Positions 1-12,238 of a stretch of 64,000 bases of DNA are shown in pieces (positions within the stretch are counted from its first letter, which is position 1; the number at the start of each line of letters is the position of its first letter). The translations under genes and the position numbers were made by a program. A model generated the notes under the pieces. That model ran no database searches. It saw only the letters and a program-made list of their open reading frames with translations, and was not told the origin of the DNA. Source of the stretch: Chrysemys picta bellii (Eukaryota); the NCBI RefSeq assembly GCF_011386835.1, contig NC_088802.1, positions 44,392,001 to 44,456,000 of the forward strand, given 5' to 3'.

Positions 1-993
1 TGCGATGCAAACTGAAAAACTCAACAGGCGTTTCATGTGCGCACTACTGGCACAGCTTGTGTACAACACTTTATCAGACACACTGCAAAAAGCTTTTCAT
101 TCCCCCCCCCCATCCATCATTCCCTTCTCCCCAATGTAGACAAGACCACAGATTAACACCTTTCACTTCATTTTAGTAGGTTACGTTATAGCCAAGGGTA
201 GCAGTGCCCATTATATTGTGCAGCTGTGACGGGCAGAGAAATTTTGTCCAAGGGTCCCAGGGCAAACTGCTATTATTTTGTTAAGTGCCTTGAGGTCTCC
301 AACATTCATAGAGAACAGACTCCAGGCTTTCAAAGTCATATCTGAAAGGCCCACACAGGGAACTCAACCTCTCTCCCTTGTAAGGACAATAGGTTGAGTC
401 CACCTTGCTGAGGTGTGAACCAGAGGTTCCAGGGAGGCCAGATATTTCCACCCAGGAGATGATGGCTTAATGGTGTAGACATCATCAGGCTTAAAAGAAA
501 TAGGAATCTAGTTGTCCATAAGAAACGACAAGCCTGTTGTCAGCCTTAATTCTGCTGGCCTGACCAGATGTGCGAATGCTGCCAAAGAGAACACACTTGT
601 GAACGGTGGACACAGGGAGCAACACCATGCACGGAGCTAGGGATGGGGTGGAGGGTAACTGGGCAGGAAAGCCAAACAGAATGGAAGACCCAGAGCGGAG
701 AGCTCAGGACTGTTTACAAAGCTGCATTATTTCTTGCTGGGAGCGTGGAATGCGGCCAAGCAGGGCTGTTTCCAACTGCTACTGATGGCAACTTCAACAC
801 CCTCCGAAGCCACACGCCATAAGTCTCGGTATTATAGTAGAGATGGACATGTTATTTCCTGTTGGCAATCTGCTGACTGCATTCAGCACACACCACGCGC
901 CTCCCTAACTCCCGGCACGCACAGCAAATGCCAGAGATGGGCTCTTACCTTGTATTCATTTCTCTTCCTTTCCCTTCCCCTCATGCCATATAG

Positions 994-3900
994 GATTGTC
1001 CTCCTCCATACTTCAGCAGTAACCAGCGGCTGGTGGGACCCCAATCGGGAGCACAGCAATTGGAAAGCCCTGCCGAGAATCCTGGGGTGCAGGTGAGGGT
1101 ACTGAGAGTACGGCTTCTTCCCTGATGGGGTGGGTAAGAGTGCTTTGGGGAGAGGGCTGTTGTATTAATTTTGATGGAATAAATGGGCCCAGCGAGTCAA
1201 GGGTCTTAACGTCCTGCGACCCTGTCGCTGCCCAAGTCAAGCGACCCTGTCGCTGCCCAACATTAAAGTTTTAAACAGCGTTCAGGGTTTGGTATACAGA
1301 GACCTCCATCTGCTTAGTACCACGGCAAACACACCATTACAAATCTTTTTAACCCTTTATTGAAATACAGAAAAGGAAAAACATTGACAACATTTGCAAT
1401 GTAAGGAACTAAGTGAGGCTTCCATTTTAACAACGCCCCTTGTTCCCTTTCCTACTAGCCACAGACAGGTTTTGGAAGGACCCCCTCCTATTTATGACAG
1501 CCTTTGAGGTGGTATGAAAGATGATCATAACTGGAGCTGTTAAAGTCTGATCCCATTTTCCTGAAAGACAAAACAAGATATAAACACACCAGAGCGAGGA
1601 GGAAAAACCCAACAAAGCTAGAAAAGGCAGTCATCTGGGTCCCTCTCACATCAGGACGGTTCTCAGGGTCAGGACAAGGCAGGCCCAACGGTCCCAGGAG
1701 AAGATGGAGGTTGCAGCGTGATAGTAAAGCTCTCTTCCTGTCCACCCATCTTCCAGCCAGCAGCTTCTGATTTCCCTCCCAAAGGCTTTGTCTTTTTAAG
1801 GACCCCAAAAGGGAGTGATGGGCAGAATAGTCCATCCTCTCATTATTTGGTTCAGCAATTAGGCCTAATTTCCAACACACTAATTTTGGCTCATTGATTT
1901 CCAGTCCCACACTCTTCTTGTGTGCCAGACGTGATCTTAACACAGTCCTTGTAGGCCTTTTTGTTTGTACTAATTCAGCCTGTTTCCCTTTTGCACCTTT
2001 TCCCAGCAACTCTTATGGGTTATGGTGGCATTTTATGCACTTTACTAACTTCTTACACTTGAATTTACAATTAAGGTAAATTCATAGGCCCAGTAATTAC
2101 AACAGGGCTGCAAAGAGATCATGTCACGTAGTGGGAGATGCTTTGGGTATGGAGGCCGGGGGAATCCTGGGGAGGGTATTTGGGTGTGGGGCAATTCCTG
2201 GGTGTAGTGGATCAAATCCCCTTAGATGTGGGTGCAGGATGCCAGAGAGAATGGTCCTATAGCAGAAATGATTTGGGCATGAAGCTCTGGACAGAATCTC
2301 CTTGGTGTGGGTGCTGCAAGCCTGGGGTTGCAGTGAGAACTCTAGGGCACCATCATCATGGGGTGCTGGTGTAGGTGCATTAGACACAGGGCTCTACAGA
2401 CACCTGTCTCTGGGGGGGTACTCTGAGAGTTGGCATCCTGAACAGAATTCCTGGGCTGAGGAGTGTTGGGCCATGGAGTTCCCAGCAGACTAGGTGCGCT
2501 GACTGCCGCTGACAGTCGTATGACGTTTTTCCATGCTGGGCGGCTTGGGTATTTCTAGGGAGATGAACTATTCTGCGTTGGACCCCCCAGCAGCTATCAG
2601 CTCCCTCCCTGGGAGCAGCTGCGCTTGCCAAGCTACGAGAGCGTGCGGAAGAAGGATCGGCAGCGGGAGATCCATCAGCTGATTGCCGAGAGGTTTGGAC
2701 TGTGGGTGGACCCCTCCCAGGAGGTGAGTGGAAGGCTGCTTCAGCTGCCAAAATCCTGTCTAGAAGCACAGCAGTGGTCTCATCCTGTTTGCCTCTAGGC
2801 CAGCACTCCGCACTGCAGTAGCAGAGGACTCTGTTCTCTGTCTCTGCAGTTCCCTTTCTCTCTGGGAAAGGCACACCCGGGTTCCAGGAAATTCCCTGTG
2901 GTTACATTTCTGCAGGTTAATGCTTGATCCCTCCCCAGGGCATCTGCAGAGCGCGAGGAGAGGGGACAGAGCTGCTGGTCTGACCCATCGGTTTGAAGAT
3001 TGGAATGTGATTCGGGATTCCAAGTCCTTTTTTCCCCCCATTCCTTATGCTGGCAGCCCTCCTCGCTGCTGCTACTGTTGAATGTCTTTTTCCCCTGCCT
3101 GGGCTTGTTCATAAGTTAGTGGATTGTGAGGCTTTGCCTGGTGCTCACCATCCAACCCTTAAGCCTCCCGCTCAGTAGACTAGTGAAAAGCAGTGTTCTG
3201 TCTGAAGCGTCCACATCCAGGTGAGGTCAGTCCTGGGGCAGCACCCCAGGCGGGAAAAGTCTGCTGTACCAAATGGCAGCCTCTCGGTCTTGCCACACCC
3301 AGGGTTGCTTGGGGCAGAATGGAAATCCTGTGACTCTTTCAATGCAGTGGGATTCCTCTACTGACTTCCTTCCTTTAAAGGTTGAGCCGTTAAGCCTGTC
3401 TCCAAAATAGAATCCGTGCAGTTGACATAACAACACTTAGCCCTGCCTTCCAAGGGCAGTTTGCATGCGCAGAGTGCGTTACATGCACTTACTAAACCCC
3501 TAGCGCCTTGTGAGGCACGAGAAGGTAAGGGCCTTGCCTCAGAGGGCGCTGGTGGTAGAGCCAGGTTTAGAACGCGGGAGTTCTGGCTCCTAGCTCTGTA
3601 CCACGCACCTCGCCGCAGACTGATTTCTGTGCAGAAGTGAAGATTTATAGGTGGGGGAGGGGAATATGTAATGGCTAATCTTATTCTAACAGGAAATTAA
3701 TCGTTTCACAGGGAAGATTTCCTGAGAAAAGGTTTTTAATGGAAACGCTGACAGATCCCTGAACTTACCAGCAAATGCCATAGCTGGGGATGAGGAGACG
3801 GGCCATAGGAGTGGGTGGGATGGGTTGTAATAGCTGCATTGGATTTCCACCGCCGCTCTTTAGAAACTGCAGTGGACCTATAATCTCCTCCTGCACACTT

Positions 3901-4232
3901 ATCTAGTTGGCAATGTGGAAAGTGCTGCTGTTCTAAGAAGCGTTTAATGGATGGCCCAGAGTATTTAATTTTAGAGCTGTGGCAATGGTGTGAAAGGACT
4001 CACATAAAGCTGTTCTATAACATGGGTTAATCTTCACCACTGTGTTTCTGCTCAGTATAATGGATTCCCCTCTCCTCTCTGATAGATGCCACCTCCCTAT
4101 GAGCAAGCCCTAAGGCATCCTCCAGCTGTCTCAGGGACTGGAGCAGGGTCAGAGTTACCAGATGGGCATGGATTGCTGGACGCATTCCAGGCCTCAGTCA
4201 GCTACCAAACTCAAAGGAACACAGCTGTGTAG
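994..4232 (+). CDS. 3' part (last three coding exons) of an unidentified gene encoding a PY-motif-rich C-terminal tail; the 5' exons were not identified and probably lie left of the window
   Basis: Exons 994-1092 (tag|GAT..CAG|gtgagg), 2559-2723 (ttctag|GGA..GAG|gtgagt) and 4086-4232 (ctctgatag|ATG..TAG) are all phase 0 and join without stops: DCPPPYFSSNQRLVGPQSGAQQLESPAENPGVQ / GDELFCVGPPSSYQLPPWEQLRLPSYESVRKKDRQREIHQLIAERFGLWVDPSQE / MPPPYEQALRHPPAVSGTGAGSELPDGHGLLDAFQASVSYQTQRNTAV*. A candidate AATAAA lies at 4484-4489. Confidence 0.75.
1158..2126. mobile_element. LTR-like repeat in an intron of the PY-motif gene (boundaries approximate)
   Basis: Composition and motifs resemble the other LTR-type segments in the window (minus-strand AATAAA within 'accctttattgaaatacagaaaagg'). 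It contains an exact 20-bp tandem duplication (1216-1235 / 1241-1260). No TSD could be established. Confidence 0.4.
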
Positions 4233-7130
4233 AATGGGAATCAACCCTGGAACACCTCTCCTTCCTTCTGTGGCAAGGACAGCAGGTCCTGTGAGGTCTC
4301 TCCATGCCGGCAGGGCGGAATGGAACTTCATGCCTTCGGCCAGTCACACAAACAGCTGAGAACCCCTTGTGCCAATCACAGGCAAAGCAGTGTTGATTTC
4401 CATCAACTCACTCCCCTCCAAGAACGAAGGTGGAGTGAAGACCAGGATCGATTTAACAGCCATCTCTCTCCCAGAAACAGTGGAATAAACCTGAGGGGAT
4501 TTCTGCTCCACTATTTTCACTCCAGTAACCTTATCTTAACCAAAGACCATGGAATAATCCTCAGCCATTTCTGTTGTATGTGAGGGGGCAGAGCAAAGGT
4601 GATGGTCCACTCAGCCAAGGACTCTGGAGCAAAGGCATGGGGCTGTTTCACTGTAACGTAAGCCTCTGTGAGGCTGCAGCAGCTACTGCCCCACACTCCA
4701 AGTATTAAACCTCGGAAGCTAGGAATCTCGTCCTCAAATGCTTTATCTTATCTACTTCTTATGTTGTAAAAACATTTACCTTATCAGGTACCAGTGGGAA
4801 TCCTGACCCGCAAGTGACAATGAATGTATTTGTTCTAGAGCTATCATCAAATCATAGCTCCGTGCTCCACATTCCTCGGGGATTTAAAAATGCTACGTGG
4901 AGGAAGGCTTATAAGTTCCGACAAGATAAAGGTTCACCAAGGGCTAGGACTCTTGGGATTGTACAGCAAGTTGCTCCACAATGCTGTAAACAAAGGCAGA
5001 GAACAGCCCCATTTCAGAACAGCATGAGCTGTGTGCCAAACCGTGCAACTGGGAAAGCTAATGTAACTTCAGGGGACTTCACCCTGAAAGGTGCAAGGGT
5101 AGAACCATGCTGATAACACCCTAAGACACTCAGTTCCCCTTCATAAACAAATGGCTATTTGAATTCTGGAGATCAGATCATCTAATTTCCCCAGTGCTGA
5201 TGTAACTGCAACTCAGATTTTCAACTACTTTTTTGTATTTCAGGATGAACTTTTAAAATGTTGTTTACAATGTTGTGGATAAAACAGGGCCAGTCAGATC
5301 ACAAGATGTCTGCAGTCTGACAAGACTGAAGTTTTGTTGTTTGGATTATGCCTCTTTCACGCTTCAGCTGATGAATATGATGCTCTGACTTCTTTGCCCA
5401 ATTGGGAGTTCCAAACTTAGTCAAATTAGCTTTGAAAGTGTGAGCACATCACCTCCTCTAAGTCAAGGGGACATGGCATTAATCTGTTGGGGTTTGAGTT
5501 TGAAAAAGACAAAACCTAATCAGGCTTTCATTTCTTAATATCGTCTGTGTGAGAGAGAGAGAGTGTGTTTTTACAAGAGGGGAAGGGAAAATTCTCTTCT
5601 GCAGTATGTGGAACCTAAACACAACAGTATAGTGTCAGTGACTGAGAACCAGAAAGTGAAACTGACTCCCTAAAAAAAATGATTTGAAGTTTACTAATCT
5701 AAAGAGGCAGGAGGCAAGGATAAGGTTTTTTTTAAAGGCACACTACGCTAGAAATGATAGGAACAGAAGTTTAACACCTTCTACTATTAAAACCAAACAT
5801 TGTAGAAGTCATCTGGCCTTATTTTTTCACTGGCTCCTCTGCCCTGCACAATACTGTAATATGAGCGTTACAAACACTGGAGGGACTCAAAATCCAGACA
5901 AATTGCTTTGGAATGAAACTTTAGAAAGTCATGAAAATATTTCTATTGACTGTAGGGTTTTATTTTTGAATATGCTCATCATGGCAGGACTGGACATAAT
6001 TCTAAAGCTATTGCAGGATTAATTCAGAAGAACATTTTCTTCTCATTCTCTGAAGCTGTCTTTTGGACAGGGAGCTCCTGGAGTTCCCTCTTCTACCTAA
6101 GCAGAGAGGAGTTTTACAACAAAACTTCTGGCAAAGATGCAGGCTCCACAGTACAACCAGAGCTCACCATGTGAGCAGAGCTGATTGGTTATGTCTCCCT
6201 GGACTTTCCCCTCAGAGGATAAGCACAAACAGTGGAGACAGCTCCTTCTGGTACTTGTTCATGCTAATAAACTGCAGTAACTCCCTGCATGAAGGTTTAT
6301 AACTGTTACCAATATGCTGCAAACTCAGCCTCTGATCCCCACCCCAGTTAGCTCCCGCCTATTAGAAACAATGATTATAGTTAGTCTAATGATGATGCCT
6401 CTTGGTGTGTGCTGACTCAGTAACTCCTGAGTAACGATCCTGATGCCGCAGCCTTCAGCAATCTTGTGCCTCGGTTTCCCCATGAGAATAGCTGCTTTCC
6501 TACTTCACACACAGGTTATGAGAGTTCATGTTTGAAGATGTGATCATCATTATCCCGGTTTTACCAATGCGGAAACTGAGGCAGAAGTTGAGGCCCAATG
6601 CTACAGAGGGAGTTGGTGCCAAAGTTGGGATTAGAGTTCAGGTTCCCACTCTTGGACTGACACTCCCTCTTTCCCCCCTCCCCCATTTCAGAATTCCCAG
6701 TGTACATCAGGTGCAGTTAGGACAGGAGCCGTTCCAAGGAATGCTGAGAATCAAAATGGCTGTACCTAGAACTGGAGAATTCCTGTGCAGAAATTGCAGT
6801 ATATCTAGCTGGATTGGAGCACAGCTGTCCAGAAGGGAAAGGCAGCTTTACTGAGCCCTTTTTGTTTTACATTTAAACATCCTCACACTGTTAGAGAACC
6901 CCAGAACATCTATTTGATATGTATTTCTCCAAAGAAACTTCAGGACGGTCCGGATTACCTTGTAACTCTCAAATTTACACCCAATGAGTTCTAGGAGCAG
7001 GAAACTGGAGTTGCCAACAAGTCATTTCAGATCTAGAGGAGTCCTCCAGGCATCTTTTTGATTGAGTGCCAGGTTTGTCACGGTGATCAGTCCCACCCCA
7101 CCAGTCATTACTGCGTGGGGCAGCAGAGCC

Positions 7131-10100
7131 TCAGAGCATGGTGACTAGCTTGAAGCTCCCCACTTCTTTGGTGGGGATAACGTTGATGAAGGTTTTGTAA
7201 AGCACCACCCCTTTTGGTAGACGACAGATCACTTCCCTGCTCTCTGGGCTGCGGGGTGGTGGCACATAGACCTCCTTGGTGAATCGCACAATCCCATCCT
7301 CCAGAGCAAAGAGAGTCTTGTTACAACCCATCCCCACCTGGAAGAGATGAACAGTATATTGTTAGAAAGGGAAGGAGGTGTTTAGGTCACTATGTATCAT
7401 TTAACAAAGTGGACCAAGCCACTAGTCTGATGTCCTGGCTTCAGCCATGGCCAGTACCTGATGTGTCAAAGGAAGGCAATACACACAACACACTCAGGGA
7501 ACTGCAGACAATTCTGTACGCTGTGGAGGTGGGGAGGAGAGATTATTCTAATCCTGAAGCATGAGAACCAATTCCCTTAACTTCACGTGCAAAACTTTCA
7601 ATAGTAATAGTCAAAATTCTCCAGTTGTTTACTAAATCTGGCTCATGCACTGACCCGGTTTTGAATGAACTGTAAAAAGCGTTTGGTAATGAAACAATGA
7701 TTTCAGGATTTTATGGAATGCAATTGAGGAAACAGAGAAGAGCCTTGATAGAGCTAAGGCTGGATTCTGGACTTTGCTGTGGAGAGCTATAATAGATGAA
7801 AAAGTAACTCACATGAGCCCCTGGATGCCAGCGTATTATCCGTTGGGTGGCTAATGTGTTGCCTGCATGAACAAAAGCGCCTGCAACAGAGAGATATGGA
7901 TTCAGATTACAAAAGAATAAGCATCTCTATAGTCTGAGTGCTGGCAGAATGAGAACTGCTCAAGGGCTCACAAAGCCAGCATTGGTTGGGATGTTTCCTA
8001 AAGAGGAATTATCCCAAACTCTAAAAACATTTAAAGTAAGAATGCTCCTACCAGGGAATACAGGGCAGTTGATATGCAATGACAAAAAGCAGTTTTAGCC
8101 TTTGAAAAGATTAGTTCGAGGGCACAAGGCATTTTCTGTTTGCTGCAGGCATTTTTTTTTTTGTTTTTTATTGCCTTTTACATCAGTTTTTTCCATCAGC
8201 AAACCCACCCTAATTGTTAGGCACTCAGTGACAGGCATCTGTACTTTGGCTTCTACTAAGCTGCATAATTCTCCTCTTTATCAATACTTGAAATGCCCAG
8301 CTTCTGAGCAGTGTGAGGGGAAAGGGCATTTAACTTATCAGGTGCCCCCTGGGGTGTTCCTCCTCCCAGATTCCCCAGAGACAAGTTAAGTTAGAACCAA
8401 TACAGGTTCTTATTGGTAACTTCAGTTTGCTGCACGTAGGCAGATCTGGAAGGGAGCTTGTGTCACTCAAGCCTTCTGCTGGCTACTCTCACAATAGTGG
8501 TTCCGTATGCAGTGTGGTTGTAGCCAATGGTGGTTAAACCTTCAGGTGCAAAGAGTCACAAACAGCCCCTCTCATCTGAACTCTGAAACACATAGCAGTT
8601 TCACATGTAACAGTCCCTGAGAACCAGGCAACTTGGGGAGGGCACAATCCAGAGTGTATAAAGCAGCAGGACAGACTGACCCACCTACCCTCTGTTTTCT
8701 TATAGCCATAGCGTTTCCCGGGGCTGCGGCCACCGAGATTTTTTGAGCTGCCTCCACTCTTCTTGGATGCGCATCGCACTGCAACCGCAGTCACCTGCGG
8801 AGCTGCCAAAACTGTATTCAAAGGAGGAACAATAAAAAAAATATTATCTACAGCAATTAATTCAAAATGGGCAAATATTTACATTGTCTTTTAAATCAGG
8901 GCCAAAAGGGATTCAAAGCTCAGTAGTGTCATTTCAAAACAAATGTTAAAGCCAAAGGCAGAAAAAAGCCCTTAGAATAAATGTATTATAAAGAGAATTC
9001 ATGTTTAACCCATTGCGTCTCTCCTGCACACAACCAAGTCGCACTTCAGAAAGCATCCCGCTACCTAAATGGAGTAGCAGAACTCTAAGCAGTGCATCTA
9101 AATGCAAACATTCTGCTATTAGTTGTGGCCATGAACTTTAAATCCTGAGCTACAGAAACAGTTACAGAAAACAGTCAGTGTAGCCAAATGATACGAGCAC
9201 AGCTGGAATTCAGGACACTTGGAGTTTATCTTCCACTAACTCACTCAGTGAAATTGAGTCAAGTCACAAATATTGTATGTCTCAGTTTCCCCATCTGTGA
9301 AATGGGTATTAATACTTAATCTCAAATTGTGAGGTTTAGTGTCTGTAAAAAGCTTTAACAACCCCAGATAAGTGTCTATAAAAATGCAAAGTTTCATTAT
9401 CAAGGCCCCGATACAGGACAATATAGAAGCACATATTTAATTGCTGTCCTGAATAGGAATGAATTTAAGCACATGGCCTAGTAGCCAAGACCTGGGTTTA
9501 AAAAATAAGTTACAGTAAGTGATTCGTCTTTCTCCTTCTTGGAACATGTCGCCTTTTCACATCGCAAAGTTCTTCCATTAAAAACCAAATACACAAAATC
9601 CATTGTCAGTAAATACATTCAAATGTTTAAAATCAAGGAAGTCTGACCCTTTTGTGAATTCAACTTCATAAGAAGTGTCTTCCATATAATTAGTTCTTTT
9701 TCATGCACTCAGCAGCCACTTTCACTTTACTCTAAATCCTTCTATTCAGAGGTCTAAGTAGTGTTTTACTAAACAGTGGTTACCACAAGTGTCTCATTTC
9801 CTTATTTAAAGAAAAGCAGTACATGAATTTTATCTTAATTAAATTATAACGGATACTTTGCAAGTCACAAAGATTTGGGGGGGGGGTGGATGTCTTTAAA
9901 AAGAACAATTTATTATATATGTTTAGAATACATTAAGTAAAAGACAGGGGCCATGACTTAAGAGAAATAGCAGCGGAGTGGGGAAAGGAAGTAATGGGAT
10001 TTATAGAGCTCTGCCTTGGGATTAAATTTAATCCTTATCTAAGAAACTAACTACCTTTGTTTGATCTTCAATGTAATTATTTTATATCATACTGTGCACT

Positions 10101-11613
10101 GGTATATATCTCATGTAAGGACATCAAAGCACTTTACAAATGTCAGTTAAAACTATATAACATCAAATGTAGTAGGAAAGTATTTATATTTTATAGATGG
10201 GTAAACTAAGGCACAAAACTCAAGGGATTTACTCAAAGTCGCACTATGAACTGGTGACAGAATTGAGAAGTTCTGAGCCTCTCCTGGAGAATGCCCTGTC
10301 CACAGCTCTGTTTTTTTATTAGGAGAGGACTTTAAGTTTGAGCACCCATCTGACCTCCCAGCCCACCACCAGTTTCAAAGAGAAATGGAGATTAGGAAGT
10401 GGGCATCTGCTGGATGGCAGGAAGGGAAAGGAACAACAGACTTTTTTTGTTTGTTTTTTTTAAATGAGAACTCGGATTTTCCTTTTTGGGCACAAAGGCT
10501 GCTATGTTAAAGGGCCCACCTGAACCCATTCCAATTCATCAGTTAACAGTAAAAAGATAAACCTGACCTGGTGTAGAAGGATTCCCTACTACATACTGTT
10601 GAACAGGCCAAGAAGTGTAAAACCAGAGTAACTCCACTAAGTCAATATGCAACCAGGCATATGTAATATATGCCTGCCTACTCCCATGTCAGATTTTATA
10701 TACGTTGGGCCAGCTCTACTCTCAGGTGGACAGATGTAAGAACCAGAGTAACTTCAGTGACTTTAATAATTACAATGGTGTCACTGACAGCAGAACTGGC
10801 CCAACCTATAAGAACTGGCATGGGCAGATGTGCATGACATATAGATTTTAATGTCCCAGACCTGGCAGAACTATATACTTCTATTAGTCCTATTAGCACA
10901 TCAAACTACTCTAACTTCAGATACTCCGCTATGGATCAGGCATGATACAGAACTCTAGACAGGGTGACCAATGGGCAAAAAGGGGTAGCTAAGGCGGGAG
11001 GGAAGAAGGGGGGCAATGGCGGTTAATAATACTTAGCGCTTCTAAAGTGCTTTTTATCCATTGAGCTCAAAGTGCGTTTAAAAGGTATCTGGCACCTATG
11101 GACACACATACAACCTTGTAGCTCGATCACAGCAGGTAACCAGTCCACAACTACCTCTTTGTGCCACCCTTTCTGGCATGTTCTAGACTTTCATTGGCTC
11201 CAACATCACCTCGGAAGCCTAGGCAGCTCCCCCCCCATTAGGCTGTAACCACTACACAGCTGAGACACAACCAGATGGCGCCACAACAGCCCCCCCCGCC
11301 CCTACCGGTACTAACAGCCCATAGGCTAGTTACCGGGAGGCCGCACTGCGGGAAAGGGCGATTTCCTACCCCCGCCCGGGCTGCACTTAGTTCAGGGTGG
11401 GCGAGGCCCACCCAGCCCCCGGGTCCCACCACTGCCCTTCCCCGGATAGCGTCCCACTGCCTCCCCTTGACGGACTCTCCGCTTCCCAGGGCGGAGCCCT
11501 GCCCCATCCGCTAATCGCCCCCAGACCCCCCCCCGCGTGCGGACCCGCTCCCCCCCCGCACACTCACGCAGCCTGTTCACCCCCAAACCCGCCAGTCGCC
11601 CCAGCGCCGCCAT
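7131..11613 (-). CDS. MRPL27: 39S mitochondrial ribosomal protein L27 (bL27m), complete, 147 aa
   Basis: Exons complement(11568-11613, 8689-8811, 7813-7880, 7131-7337) = 46+123+68+207 = 444 nt, all GT-AG. Translation: [147 protein letters not shown]. This contains the bL27 signature (ASKK-GGSSKN...GN-LATQR...HPG-HVG-G---TLFAL-DG-V-F). It is head-to-head with EME1, as in human. Confidence 0.97.
9178..9360 (+). mobile_element. MIR-like CORE-SINE
   Basis: Contains the CORE motif 'gtctcagtttccccatctgtgaaatgggtattaatac'. Confidence 0.6.
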
Positions 11614-12030
11614 CTTCCAGCACCACCACTTCCGCTTCCGGTTGGGGCCACTTCCGGCTCCGGCGCAGGATTTCCGGTCAGGACTGAGAGGAGGCGGAGG
11701 CGGCAGGTTTCAATGTGGGGGCGGTAGGAGGGCGGGGTCAGAGTAAGGTCCGTCGCGGCCAGACTCGGACGCCTGGGTTCTCTCCGTGGCCTGGGGGGGC
11801 GGGGTCTGTGCGCAGGGGGAGACGGCGGCACGGACCCTCCCAGGGCGCCTCAGCGGGCGGGTGGCTCCTCCCCAGGCCCCGTCCGCCCCACGGCGGCCTC
11901 GGCCATCGCCTCTCCGCGGACAAGGCTGTGCGCGCCCCCAGCCCCCGCGCGCGGCCGCCTCGGGGGTATCCTGCGCTCGCGGGGAACCCGCCCTGGCGGC
12001 TCGTGCTCGCCGGGAGGCCCCTGAGGCTGC
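11500..12030. promoter_or_regulatory. CpG-island bidirectional promoter shared by MRPL27 (-) and EME1 (+)
   Basis: High GC and CpG density. Four ETS/GABP-type cores: ACTTCCG 11628, CTTCCGG 11635, ACTTCCGG 11650, TTTCCGG 11671. A YY1-type GCCGCCATCTT (11606-11616) overlaps the MRPL27 ATG. The EME1 non-coding first exon must lie here, but its donor is not resolved (candidate gtaagg at 11743). Confidence 0.8.
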
Positions 12031-12238
12031 AAATTGGCTTATTTCTCTGGGTCTTGAAGCACGAGATCTAGTCACCTCTCTGGGGCGCTGGCTGCAGACT
12101 TAGGTTGTTACAGGTCATTAAGTTACCCAGCCCCTTCAGGATCCCCACCCACAGCATGGGGACTGTCTGGAGCCGGCTCCTCATTGCTCTGCTTCCCGTT
12201 CCCAGATGCTGCCCGTTGGAAGGGACTGACTGACCACG

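Noticed and set aside
568-654. Cys-rich candidate upstream exon (cag|ATGTGCGAATGC...AGG|gtaact) for the PY-motif gene
   Set aside because: The phase fits, but the pyrimidine tract is weak and the peptide is unrecognisable, so it cannot be supported without transcript data.
1216-1260. Exact 20-bp direct repeat with a 5-nt spacer
   Set aside because: Only two copies, inside LTR-like DNA. It is a simple local duplication, not a CRISPR-like or regulatory array.
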